Part shown: positions 10,365 through 19,157 of the stretch, one piece after another
Layout of the letters: each line of letters starts with the position of its first letter
Position numbering within the stretch: position 1 is the first letter of the stretch
NCBI GenBank assembly: GCA_963739305.1
Contig: CAVTZU010000001.1
Location: forward strand, 551 to 64,550
DNA from: Candidatus Bathyarchaeota archaeon
Lineage (GTDB): Archaea; Thermoproteota; Bathyarchaeia; Bathyarchaeales; Bathycorpusculaceae
Direction: 5' to 3'
Length of the DNA stretch: 64,000 nt
The notes under the pieces: generated by a model
What the model saw: only the letters and a program-made list of their open reading frames with translations
What the model was told of the DNA's origin: nothing
The model's database searches: none
Position numbers and translations under genes: made by a program

Positions 10365-10489
10365 ATCGCACTTTAACATCAGCCCAATATCCCCTTAGCG
10401 CGCGCTTAGATCGTAAAGTTTTAGCATCTCACGTTCTAAGGCTTGGACTCATGTCCTGCGTTGAACGTCATAATAGCAGGGGTTCAAAA

Positions 10490-11128
10490 ATGAGCGAAAG
10501 AAAGCTTGTGAGCAGAAACGTAGCTATTGGATTGGGAATAACATGTATCATACTGATAGCTGGTTTAGGTGCAGCAATGGTGTATTACACAATAACAATA
10601 TTCGATAAAAACAACACAATATCCTTGCAGAATTCTCAATTATCAAGTCTGAACAACACTATGTCAAACCAAATTGCACAACAGAATACCACCATCATCA
10701 ACCTGCAGTCAACGATAGATAGGCTTAAGAAATTGCAAAATCTTACCGACCAAATTCTTAGTATGCATATGGCATACGACACGGATGGTAATTGGTTGGG
10801 GACATGGAATCTTGTGGCGACTTTCAACGAAAGTACTGTTTCAGGAGGGAACACGTCGAATTTTCAGATTTTCAGTGCATATGGCTTGTGGCGTTTTAAC
10901 TTTACCGTTCAGCAAGACCTATGGTTCAATATCATTCAGGTTGTTGGGTCAGAAATAATAGTTACGGGAACGTATCAGGCCACTTATACGGGAGAAATTG
11001 ACCATGGTTCAGTCTACTATTTCGCATGCAGCGTCACAACTCCTTCGAGTCACTATATCGAGTTTCCAACGGGTAGCTTTGCAGGTAACTGGACAATGAC
11101 AGTAGAAGAGCTTGATTTGCTCCCTTAG
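10490..11128 (+). CDS. type II membrane-anchored N/Q-rich stalk protein, paralogous in architecture to 8769..9578
   Basis: Start chosen at MSERKLVSRNVAIGLGITCIILIAGLGAAMVYY. The N-terminal extension in the ORF track (10229-10489) overlaps another ORF and looks non-coding. Confidence 0.6.
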   Translation: MSERKLVSRNVAIGLGITCIILIAGLGAAMVYYTITIFDKNNTISLQNSQLSSLNNTMSNQIAQQNTTIINLQSTIDRLKKLQNLTDQILSMHMAYDTDGNWLGTWNLVATFNESTVSGGNTSNFQIFSAYGLWRFNFTVQQDLWFNIIQVVGSEIIVTGTYQATYTGEIDHGSVYYFACSVTTPSSHYIEFPTGSFAGNWTMTVEELDLLP

Positions 11129-11234
11129 TCATCGATTTTTCTATTTATGAGCAATAGTTTCTACAGTCTAAGTCATGCCGTACAAAAGGCTCTAGTCAAT
11201 TTGAAAGAGGAACATGAGAAAAAGTAGCGCGCAC

Positions 11235-11281
11235 TAGAAAACCAAATGCTCAAAATCATGAACCCACAACTGTTCTTGGAA
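11235..11281 (+). repeat. right copy of the imperfect direct repeat bounding the island
   Basis: tagaaaaccaaatgctcaaaatcatgaacccacaactgttcttggaa. It ends 64 nt upstream of tRNA-Met. Confidence 0.6.
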
Positions 11282-11344
11282 GTTGACCGAAACCAATTAA
11301 CCTTAAATCAAGCTTCTCCTAATCCAAATTGCCCAAACAAAGTA

Positions 11345-11459
11345 GCCGGGGTAGCCTAGCCTGGCCAGGGCGCCAGACTCATAATCTGGAGAACAAAAAC
11401 GGGCCACAATGGCGCCTGATGTCCAGAAGTCGCGGGCTCGAATCCCGCCCCCGGCACCA
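11345..11459 (+). tRNA. tRNA with CAU anticodon (elongator Met or Ile2), carrying a ~37-nt intron directly 3' of the anticodon stem; CCA encoded
   Basis: Acceptor GCCGGGG/CCCCGGC; D-stem GCCT/GGGC; anticodon stem CCAGA/TCTGG with loop CTCATAA. An insert at about 11390-11426 precedes AAGTC + GCGGG-CTCGAAT-CCCGC + A-CCA. Confidence 0.8.
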
Positions 11460-11693
11460 ACCAACTTGCACAAGCGTGCGCTCAGATACAGCATTGGCGA
11501 GGGACCAGGGTAGTGTTTGTCCAAAGTGACCTGCTGCAATCAGTGCCTCGCAGATATCAACTGCCCCGTCTGCCACCGCTGATCAAGAACAAACCGATTA
11601 GTTCTGTCACTTTCAACATGCAAAATCAATCAGAAACCACCGCAAGGACGAACAATCACCCTAGCAAAAGCTCCACAAGCGGGGCTCTGCAAG

Positions 11694-11721
11694 AAAAAAA
11701 GACCGGGGGGTAGGGTCTTTT
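11694..11721. terminator. hairpin flanked by an A-run and a T-run (possible bidirectional terminator)
   Basis: AAAGACC-GGGGGGTAG-GGTCTTT. The stem is followed by T4 on the plus strand and T7 on the minus strand. It lies ~170 nt downstream of the minus-strand RPA-like gene. Confidence 0.35.
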
Positions 11722-11888
11722 AGACTGCTTTTCAATCATAATCCATGTTGACCAGTCCCTAACCGAGGACCAACGGTAGAAAGCAAAAACACCGGTTCAG
11801 TCGCTCCGAAACCAACTCCACGACGTTTTCTGAACGCTCACTCACCTTGAGCCAGGATCGACCACGCGCGCGCGAACCTAAACGCCCA

Positions 11889-13076
11889 CTAAGCCCTCTC
11901 AAACACCGTACCGTTCCTCGTTGACAGCTCAAGCTGATCACCGAACCCTTTTTTCACGTAAGCGTTCCGAATAACTATCCTATCTCCAACGGTCATGTTT
12001 CCTGCAAATTCTGCGTGTTGTCGCCAAACGGACACCTGAATGCTGCCGGTCTCATCCTTGAGTTCAAAGGTTGTCAACTTCAGGTTCTCTCCCTTGCGGG
12101 TCTTCACGTCTCTCAGAACAGGACGTGTGACTACTTCTCCTTCGACGTTGACTTGATTCATACTCTCTTTCAGACCGGCAACACTGCAGATCTCCTCAAC
12201 CTCAGTCAAGAGTCCGACGTAGCTGGATCCGTCAACATTGATCTCAGAACCCTCTCCAAGAGCTTTCCTGACCTTTCCATTCACGACTTGAATCTTGTCA
12301 CCGACGTTCATCGACTTCTCCAGTTCGTCCACTTTTTCATCCCACGCGACCACAGCAATCTCGCCGCTTCCATCATCCACCGAGAACCGCATCACTTTTC
12401 CTTGAGTTGAATTCTCCCTTTCGAAAACAGACGACGGAAAAATCTTTCGCACCGTCGCTACGATGTTCACCCGCTTGTTTCTCAATTTCGGAGTAAGATC
12501 GGCAATTTTCTTTGAGAACCGCAAGATATTTGGATAATCTCTGTCATTCAAGCCCTCAAGGTTAGTTTCAATCATGCTTTTTTCTCCCAGGTGAAGTTCT
12601 GCTTTTCCGCCGGAATCTTCACGTGTGTATCCATGGGAGAAACGAACGATTTGGCCAACCTTCACAATTCCGGATTCTATCAGATCTGTCTTATCGTTCC
12701 ATAGAACGATTCTCAAAAGATCGCCCTTGTCCGCGAGAAGAAGACTCGCAAACTTTCCTTGTTTTGCTCCCGAAAAGGTCTTCGTGGAGAAAATGGCGAC
12801 GATGCGCCCAATGACGGCAACGTCATTCAGGCCTGGAACCAAGTCTCTTATCATGAGAAGCGGCACCTCCACCTTGCCGTTGGGCAATTCACAGCCGAAC
12901 TCTGCCGCGATCATTCTGAGAAGCGTTTCCTCCGAGATCAACCCCCCGGTCTTTTGCTTCTCTTTTTCAAGCCTCTTTAGAATCTCGTCTCTCGAAACCA
13001 TCGGACAATCCGTCAAAATCCGATTAATCGTATCCTCTTTCACTTCTTTCTCAGACATCGTTAAAGTCGAAAACAA
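11889..13076 (-). CDS. OB-fold ssDNA-binding protein (RPA-like, about three OB repeats)
   Basis: Repeated OB-like units (e.g. VAVIGRIVAIF..., VNIVATVRKIF..., VNVEGEVVTRP...) follow an N-terminal helical domain. The start could be 13076 or 13058. Confidence 0.6.
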   Translation of the reverse strand: MFSTLTMSEKEVKEDTINRILTDCPMVSRDEILKRLEKEKQKTGGLISEETLLRMIAAEFGCELPNGKVEVPLLMIRDLVPGLNDVAVIGRIVAIFSTKTFSGAKQGKFASLLLADKGDLLRIVLWNDKTDLIESGIVKVGQIVRFSHGYTREDSGGKAELHLGEKSMIETNLEGLNDRDYPNILRFSKKIADLTPKLRNKRVNIVATVRKIFPSSVFERENSTQGKVMRFSVDDGSGEIAVVAWDEKVDELEKSMNVGDKIQVVNGKVRKALGEGSEINVDGSSYVGLLTEVEEICSVAGLKESMNQVNVEGEVVTRPVLRDVKTRKGENLKLTTFELKDETGSIQVSVWRQHAEFAGNMTVGDRIVIRNAYVKKGFGDQLELSTRNGTVFERA

Positions 13077-13138
13077 ATGATCCTATAAGGCTTATTAAAA
13101 CCCCCGATTCTTTTGCACTTGAGAGGAGCTCAAACCAG

Positions 13139-13402
13139 ATGGACATGAGCACACTGTATGATGTTGGCTTTTTCCTTGCAGCCACCGGAATAATCATCAT
13201 AGTGGTCGCCGGACTTCTAATTCTCCTCTCAGGCACCAAACGAAGAGCGCAGACGAGAGGAGCAGGCGTGATAATCATCGGTCCAATTCCGATAGTTTTC
13301 GGAACCGACAAAGAATCCGTAAAAAAGATTCTCATATTAGCGATAACTCTCAGTGTTATCATGATCATTTTGACGATCATAATTCATTTCATGTCCAAGT
13401 AA
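13139..13402 (+). CDS. small membrane protein (DUF131/TIGR00304-like)
   Basis: Three hydrophobic helices and an IIIGPIPIVFG motif. Confidence 0.5.
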   Translation: MDMSTLYDVGFFLAATGIIIIVVAGLLILLSGTKRRAQTRGAGVIIIGPIPIVFGTDKESVKKILILAITLSVIMIILTIIIHFMSK

Positions 13403-13411
13403 GGGATTTAC

Positions 13412-13720
13412 ATGCCATCAGAGAATGATCGCGCGGCGGATTCAGAAAACCAGTTAAAAAGAGTGAATAGGCTCTTTGTTCTGTTGACTTTCGGATTCGC
13501 AGTCGCTATCTCGGGCGTGGTGATCCTGACGATTGCTGCAGTTTTCTCGAGCAGCAGTTCGACAAGTTCAGGCATAGTGATCTTTATCGGTCCTTTCCCG
13601 ATTGTTTTCGGTAGTGGACCGGGGGCAGGTTGGCTGATCTTGATCTCAACCTTACTGGTGGCCCTGAGCATAATTATTTTCTATTTCATGAGAACGAATA
13701 AGAGCAGGACAACCGTTTAA
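13412..13720 (+). CDS. small membrane protein, tandem paralog of 13139..13402
   Basis: Same architecture, with an IVIFIGPFPIVFG motif. Confidence 0.5.
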   Translation: MPSENDRAADSENQLKRVNRLFVLLTFGFAVAISGVVILTIAAVFSSSSSTSSGIVIFIGPFPIVFGSGPGAGWLILISTLLVALSIIIFYFMRTNKSRTTV

Positions 13721-13876
13721 TCCGGCGCGTCTTCTTCTTTGCCATAGAAAACGTGCAGGAATATCAATACCAGCACGATGAACGTGATGCCCATCAGAGT
13801 GTACTGGATGAGCTGGAAGTACGGTCCTATGTCCATGAAACGTTCTCCTTTCGCAATCCTAACAGAATTGAAGTAT

Positions 13877-14287
13877 TTAAGCAGTAGCCTTTCTCCATTC
13901 ATTCATCAATGAATCGAACAATTCGTCGTGTTCTTCGACTGAGTCATGCCAGTCCAGATTCTTTGCAAGTTTCTGAGCAATGAGATGATAGCACAGATGG
14001 ACTTTTCTGTCGAGAACTCGAAAGTAGAAATCATCACACATGCAGAATTCAGCTTCAGGCATTATCAGATAGTCCCGTTCGCGTCCGACCACGATCCAGA
14101 CGGTTCGACCGCTGGGCTTAAAAGTGTACTTCTTGACGCGGTTTTCTTTCAGAGCTTCGAAAGCTCTCGTGAACCTTTGACCAAAGATCTCGTAGAGCTC
14201 TGTCAACCCTTTCCCCGTCAACTTGCCATCGGCTTTTGCTTTCTTGCATATCGTGTTCAGAACGTCAATCTCCGACTTTTCGTCCAT
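13877..14287 (-). CDS. SWIM zinc-finger domain protein
   Basis: CMCDDFYFRVLDRKVHLCYH fits the CxC-x(n)-CxH SWIM pattern. Confidence 0.65.
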   Translation of the reverse strand: MDEKSEIDVLNTICKKAKADGKLTGKGLTELYEIFGQRFTRAFEALKENRVKKYTFKPSGRTVWIVVGRERDYLIMPEAEFCMCDDFYFRVLDRKVHLCYHLIAQKLAKNLDWHDSVEEHDELFDSLMNEWRKATA

Positions 14288-14336
14288 GTGATCAGACTAC
14301 CTTCATAATCAAGAGGAAAGCGGAAGAAGTAATGAC

Positions 14337-14936
14337 TCAGTCTAAGTGTATCGGTTGCCCCTTCGAGCTTGAGTCGCTCTCCAGCTTCGGGAAGGTTACT
14401 TCCAACACGCCGTTCTTGTACCCCGTCTTTGCTTCCCTGACTTTCACTTTCGCTGGTAACTTGACCTCCTTGTAGTACTTTCTTTCAGACGTGTCGACCT
14501 CTATTGTCAAAGAGTCTTCCGTTCCAATCAGCTGTATATCCTTCTTTTCAACACCTGGTAACTCGGCAACGACATGCACCTCGCCGTCGGTCTCAACAAG
14601 GTCCACCAATGGTTCGCGCTCTTCCTGAACCTGGGGAAGCCCACCCCGCATCGGCTTAACGTTTCCAAACTCCCGAATCTCCGGCTTCCCATCTGGGCCT
14701 ATCTTGACGCTCTGCCCGTACACAAACGGTCCCCATTCACGAGCCGTCGAGCCGTCTGGCAGCTTGCGTTCCTTGACGTAGTCTTTAGGAATTCGAGACG
14801 TGAACTCCTTCAATTGCTCCTCCATCATCTTCTCCATGTCCTCAAACATCTTGTCGACTTCATCAAAACCCCAACTTTTGAAAAATGGGAAACGTCTCTT
14901 CTTTGACCATTCTGGAAAATCATCTTCTGACGACAT
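14337..14936 (-). CDS. Hsp20/alpha-crystallin family small heat-shock protein
   Basis: Alpha-crystallin domain: VDLVETDGEVHVVAELPGVEKKDIQL...YKNGVLEVTFPK. Confidence 0.85.
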   Translation of the reverse strand: MSSEDDFPEWSKKRRFPFFKSWGFDEVDKMFEDMEKMMEEQLKEFTSRIPKDYVKERKLPDGSTAREWGPFVYGQSVKIGPDGKPEIREFGNVKPMRGGLPQVQEEREPLVDLVETDGEVHVVAELPGVEKKDIQLIGTEDSLTIEVDTSERKYYKEVKLPAKVKVREAKTGYKNGVLEVTFPKLESDSSSKGQPIHLD

Positions 14937-14997
14937 AAACCCACCAAGCTATTTGTGAATAACGGCTTTCTATAAGTTTTGCGTTAAGCGATATCCG

Positions 14998-15843
14998 TCA
15001 ACTAAGTGCTCTAAGCTGCTCGATCGTTCCAAGAAATGTTCCGTCCAAAAGATATGTTTCCGCGTTCTTGATGTCGACGGCCTCAGAGCGAAGTATTGGA
15101 CCTGTCACCATTTTTGAATCCAGCTTGTGCGCTGATCTTTTTTCATTCAAGGGTCTGCCTCCGAGGAAATCATTGAAAGACGGCATTATGAAAAGCTGAG
15201 ACGTCCTTGGCTTGACGTGGTAATTCTTGTACAAAGCGTCCTCGGCAGTGCTCGATATCTTGACCCTGTTTTTTCTGAGAAGCACCCTGGTGAGCTCTGC
15301 TGCGTTGCAGTTCATCTTGACCCAGACCTGCCTGGAGACTCTGAAACCAGCTGGGTCACGAAAAACCACGACTGGATGAACATGCCCCATCACGATAGTT
15401 CTGCACCCGAGAAGACCTGGGGACGGCCATTGATGTCCATGGAAGAAACCAGTATCATTCACCGCGACGCCTGTAGCCGGCAGTGTCTTCACGTTTTCGG
15501 GAAGCAGGGGATCCAAGTTTCCATCATGATTGCCGCGAATCACCAGGATTTCGGGGACGTGTTTTCTTATTTCATTAAAAAACTCTGGCACATCTTGCCA
15601 TTCAGTTTTCTCCGCCGTGGCAACAGTGTGCTTGATGTCTCCCAGAATCATTAGCTTTTCTGGCTTGTAAGTTGACAGCAGAGTCTTCAATTTACTCAAG
15701 AGTTTCGGCGTTTGGGTTGGAACGTGTATGCCTTCGTTTGAAAGCGCGATTTCCCATCCTATGTGAAGATCAGTGATGACCAGAATCCTTTCACCAGTGA
15801 ACCTCATGAGTGCCGCCGCGTATGGTGGAAGAGGTGTTATCAT
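14998..15843 (-). CDS. metallophosphoesterase (calcineurin-like phosphoesterase)
   Basis: ITDLHIG, LGDIKH, IRGNHD and MGHVHP motifs. Confidence 0.85.
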   Translation of the reverse strand: MITPLPPYAAALMRFTGERILVITDLHIGWEIALSNEGIHVPTQTPKLLSKLKTLLSTYKPEKLMILGDIKHTVATAEKTEWQDVPEFFNEIRKHVPEILVIRGNHDGNLDPLLPENVKTLPATGVAVNDTGFFHGHQWPSPGLLGCRTIVMGHVHPVVVFRDPAGFRVSRQVWVKMNCNAAELTRVLLRKNRVKISSTAEDALYKNYHVKPRTSQLFIMPSFNDFLGGRPLNEKRSAHKLDSKMVTGPILRSEAVDIKNAETYLLDGTFLGTIEQLRALS

Positions 15844-16679
15844 GCTGCTTCCTTTTCGAAGTTTATTAGCTTCATTATCCTCTTGAAGATCCCTTCGTTT
15901 GCAGCTGCTATGAACTCCACCTTCCTTTTCGGATCAAGCTCAGCGCTCACAGGAGATCCATCGGGCGTAGACATTATCCCGCCCGCTTCGAGTATAATTA
16001 AATATGAAGCCGCAATATCCGTCGTCCTAAGTTTTCCTCTAATGTCCACGAAGGCGTCAATCGTACCATCTGCCACGTAGCACAATTCAAGAGCATTGGC
16101 TCCGAAATGGCGAAGGTGCATTGCGACCGACATTAAGGCAGTGAGTTTTGGAACGAGCTTCTCGATCCTGAAGCTGTTGAGATCGATGCCTATGACTCCT
16201 TCTTCCACTGAAAGGTTTCGCGAAGGCACTATTCTACGATCGTTGCGAAAAGCCCCGCATCCCTTTTGCGCGGTGTACGTCGTCCCGTGCGATAGGTCTG
16301 CAACAAGACTAGCGTGTATCGCTGTGAGAAAAGGTTCAGAGGAAACCGCGATTGAAGTCGCGTAGAAAGGTGCACCCCTCATCAGGTTGGTGGTTCCATC
16401 TATAGGATCCGTTGTGACGTACCATTTAGGAGAGGAAACACCATACTCCACGATTCCAGATTCTTCACTTATCAAAGTGAACTTGATTCCTTTTCTTTTC
16501 AGAGTGTCTACGATCGCTTTTTCCGCGGTCAGATCTATCATTTTAATGGGATCGCCACCTGCTCCAATGCCAAGATCTGGCTGCTGACTATCAAGAGTTC
16601 TGAGAAGTGGATTGATTTTCCTTTGCACGTTATCCTTGCACTCAATCAGGATTTTGACCCAGTCCATGTCGCCACGCAT
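15840..16679 (-). CDS. inositol monophosphatase / FBPase family protein
   Basis: LISEESG, TDPIDGTTN and TTDIAASYLIILEAGG motifs. Confidence 0.85.
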   Translation of the reverse strand: MRGDMDWVKILIECKDNVQRKINPLLRTLDSQQPDLGIGAGGDPIKMIDLTAEKAIVDTLKRKGIKFTLISEESGIVEYGVSSPKWYVTTDPIDGTTNLMRGAPFYATSIAVSSEPFLTAIHASLVADLSHGTTYTAQKGCGAFRNDRRIVPSRNLSVEEGVIGIDLNSFRIEKLVPKLTALMSVAMHLRHFGANALELCYVADGTIDAFVDIRGKLRTTDIAASYLIILEAGGIMSTPDGSPVSAELDPKRKVEFIAAANEGIFKRIMKLINFEKEAA

Positions 16680-16795
16680 TCTTCAGTGTTCTCCGTTGTT
16701 TCCTAACTATTGTTTTTGATAAAGGCTTTGTCATCGATAACAATTTTCTAGAACTACGTTCTGAAACAACATATCAGAAATGCTATAAACAAGAT

Positions 16796-17050
16796 TTGAA
16801 CAAAACCACTATCCTCCAGCGGGGAAATACAACGCGAACAAAAATAGCTAAGATACTTGACATCTTAGATGACGGGCAATGGCATTCCATTAAAGACATA
16901 AATCTTGCCGCGAAACTAAATGACTCACAGTCCAAGGCAATAACCAAATTCCTCAGCTTCTATGATTTCATAAAGTTGGACGAAGAAAAGAAAAAAGTGA
17001 AACTCAAAGAAACCGCTCGAAAGTTCCTAACTCAAAGCGCTACCTCATAA
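16796..17050 (+). CDS. small putative winged-helix protein (hypothetical)
   Basis: 84-aa ORF with a TTG start. The helical pattern KIAKILDILDDGQWHSIKDI is wHTH-like. Confidence 0.35.
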   Translation: MNKTTILQRGNTTRTKIAKILDILDDGQWHSIKDINLAAKLNDSQSKAITKFLSFYDFIKLDEEKKKVKLKETARKFLTQSATS

Positions 17051-17336
17051 GGTCCTTCAAGCCCCTGTACGCTCGCAAAAACTCCCTTCCCTTGGGAGTA
17101 AGCTCAAAAAGTCTACCATCGGACCGCTCTTTTATCGTAACCATATGAAGAAGCCCACTGTCAAGCAGAAAATGCGAATAGTTCTTCAACTGCTTGAAAC
17201 TCAAATTGCAGCGATACATCAGATAGGTCTTCTTGACGCCTCCATGAGAAGCATCTAAAATATCTGCGATTATGTCAAAGTTGCCTCGATGGTTATTAGT
17301 ATTGTCGACCCTGCTGACCATCAATTGACTCACCAT
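17040..17336 (-). CDS. winged helix-turn-helix protein (HTH_45/ArnR-like small regulator)
   Basis: FDIIADILDASHGGVKKTYLMYRCNLSFKQLKNYSHFLLDSGLL...ELTPKGREFL. Confidence 0.6.
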   Translation of the reverse strand: MVSQLMVSRVDNTNNHRGNFDIIADILDASHGGVKKTYLMYRCNLSFKQLKNYSHFLLDSGLLHMVTIKERSDGRLFELTPKGREFLRAYRGLKDLMR

Positions 17337-17472
17337 GCAGCCTTTCTGGCTGAAGGCTATTCGAACCCCTTTCTCCCAGATAGTAATAGGAATAGATCAA
17401 TTTAAACGTTCTGAAAAAAGCGAAGCTTGGAGAATATTGAATCAAATGCGTAAAAAAAGGGGCGATTGAATC

Positions 17473-17886
17473 CTAAACCGCATGGATTCTCTTTCTGACT
17501 TTTTCGACGTCGGCGTTCTTTTCCATGAAGACACTTATCTTATTTTCGTCAACAGCCACAGACAACATTGTGAGGTTTTTTCCGTTCACGGTTATGTTTT
17601 TGAGGTTACCCAACTCGAAGAGCTGCGAGAATTCTTCAGTTGCATCGAATACAGTCGAGGACAGAATAGCGTAATCTATTATTTTCGCAGGATCCTTCAA
17701 GTCAATTGACGCCGAAGTAGTGTTCCTCATAATGTAGCCCATTACGCCGTCGTAGTTCTTGATTTCTTCCAAGCTTGTGCGAAGTCTGTCGTCCGAAACG
17801 ACCGACTCGACGGCGACAGGTTCTTCCGTAATCACGGTTTCTTCAGTTTCTTTTCTTTTCTTGACCATAAATACGTAAACCTCCAT
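17473..17886 (-). CDS. Roadblock/LC7 (MglB-like) domain protein with an acidic N-terminal tail
   Basis: SLEEIKNYDGVMGYIMRNTTSASIDL...NLTMLSVAVDENKISVFM has the alpha-beta-alpha Roadblock pattern. The start overlaps the upstream stop. Confidence 0.55.
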   Translation of the reverse strand: MEVYVFMVKKRKETEETVITEEPVAVESVVSDDRLRTSLEEIKNYDGVMGYIMRNTTSASIDLKDPAKIIDYAILSSTVFDATEEFSQLFELGNLKNITVNGKNLTMLSVAVDENKISVFMEKNADVEKVRKRIHAV

Positions 17887-18725
17887 TATTCGACTGCTGG
17901 CTTGACCCTCACAAGCTCGCCTTTCTTGATGTCCAAGACAAGCTGCAACTTTCCTGGTATCTGGATTTTTCCTTGTCCCTCAAGCTTTCCATCCTTTATA
18001 GGCTTGACCTTGCACCGAAGCGATTTGCCAGTAAACGTTTCAACGTCAGCCTCTTCAAGATTTCGACCTTCATACAGTTCCTTCCATTGATCCATCACGC
18101 TGTTGTCAATGCGCACGGTATCCGAAGGCGTAAGCAGCCCCTTGATGTCTTCCACAATGAACTGATTGACTGGTGGTTCCGGAAGTGAAGTCTCTACCTT
18201 TTGCTCAGGTTCCGATTTGTCTTCAGGCTTTTCAGCCTCAATCTCCTCGGCAGAAGTCTCCATCGCCTTTTCTGTCTCTTCGACCACGGAAGTTTCCAGT
18301 TCTGACTCGAGCCTACTTGGGTCTCTGCGATTAGAGACAGGGCCGAGTTTCTCGACGATGTTGAAGACTGTCGGAAAAAGGACATGAGTCAAAACGTTCA
18401 AGGTGTTCATGTTGACTTTCTTTGATGCGACCGTTACAAGATAGATTTCCTGTACGTAGGAAACGTTTACCACTCCATCGACGCCTTCAATCGTAAAGTC
18501 TTCAGCTCCGCCTAAGACTTCAGCCTTCTCTAGCACTTCTCGAAAAAGTTCTACTGCGCGAGCAAGAGTGTCCTCAGGAGTATTCGCTCCTCGCGTTATC
18601 AACTCACGATTTCCATCGAGCGCGAACGCAGCCTTAACCTCTGGACAGGTTTTCTGGATCTCGTCCAAAGTATTCTGTAAAGTAAAAGATAGGAATTCGC
18701 TGTCCATCTGCTTTTCACTTCGCAT
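17886..18725 (-). CDS. Roadblock/LC7-like N-terminal domain, acidic linker and SpoVT/AbrB-like C-terminal domain
   Basis: The N-domain (LDEIQKTCPEVKAAFALDGNRELI...IYLVTVASKK) is followed by an E-rich linker. The C-terminal GKIQIPGKLQLVLDIKKGELVRVKP resembles a swapped-hairpin AbrB motif. Confidence 0.5.
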   Translation of the reverse strand: MRSEKQMDSEFLSFTLQNTLDEIQKTCPEVKAAFALDGNRELITRGANTPEDTLARAVELFREVLEKAEVLGGAEDFTIEGVDGVVNVSYVQEIYLVTVASKKVNMNTLNVLTHVLFPTVFNIVEKLGPVSNRRDPSRLESELETSVVEETEKAMETSAEEIEAEKPEDKSEPEQKVETSLPEPPVNQFIVEDIKGLLTPSDTVRIDNSVMDQWKELYEGRNLEEADVETFTGKSLRCKVKPIKDGKLEGQGKIQIPGKLQLVLDIKKGELVRVKPAVE

Positions 18726-18731
18726 CGTGGC

Positions 18732-19157
18732 CTATGATATTCTGAAGAGTATTCGCTCAGGGACTCCGTCGTTCTCAACCACAAGATACTTTAGACCTTC
18801 AGTGTCTCCCAGTTGATCCAGCCATTTCAAAGCTTCACGAGCTTTCTGCAGAACCAGGAGCCTTTCCTGATGGCTGCGGACAACCTGCTCTATCGCTGTC
18901 AACTCGTGGAATGGGTTGGCGTCCAGAACTATGCTCAAACTGCCGATCGAGATTTCACCCAAGCTTTCGGAAGTTGCCTTCTTTCCCGCGAGTTTCATGA
19001 CCACTTCATGGATTTTCTTTGATTTTTCAGCCAAAGCTCTGATGTCATCTAATCGACGCAGGTATTCTCCTAGCGAACTTTTTGTTTCAGAGATTTCCTT
19101 ATCTAACGTTTCGGCGATATCTGTTGCTGAACCATACTCTTTTATTTCAATTGCCAT
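18732..19157 (-). CDS. coiled-coil protein (hypothetical), first gene of the Roadblock operon
   Basis: 141-aa ORF ending 6 nt upstream of the next gene. Heptad-like charged sequence. Confidence 0.5.
   Translation of the reverse strand: MAIEIKEYGSATDIAETLDKEISETKSSLGEYLRRLDDIRALAEKSKKIHEVVMKLAGKKATSESLGEISIGSLSIVLDANPFHELTAIEQVVRSHQERLLVLQKAREALKWLDQLGDTEGLKYLVVENDGVPERILFRIS

Noticed and set aside
10229-10489. The N-terminal 87 codons of ORF 10229..11128.
   Set aside because: They overlap the 10173..10364 ORF out of frame and are Cys/Trp-rich with no membrane or signal logic. The paralog-like start MSERKLVSRN at 10490 fits the architecture of 8769..9578.
11513-11713. The 66-aa ORF in the gap after tRNA-Met; also considered as SRP RNA or RNase P RNA.
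   Set aside because: The peptide is low-complexity (S/T/N/P/K-rich) with no start context. I could not find the RNase P CR-I motif (GAGGAAAGUCC) or an SRP helix-8-like GGAA/AGCA motif on either strand. The region is left as an unexplained gap.}
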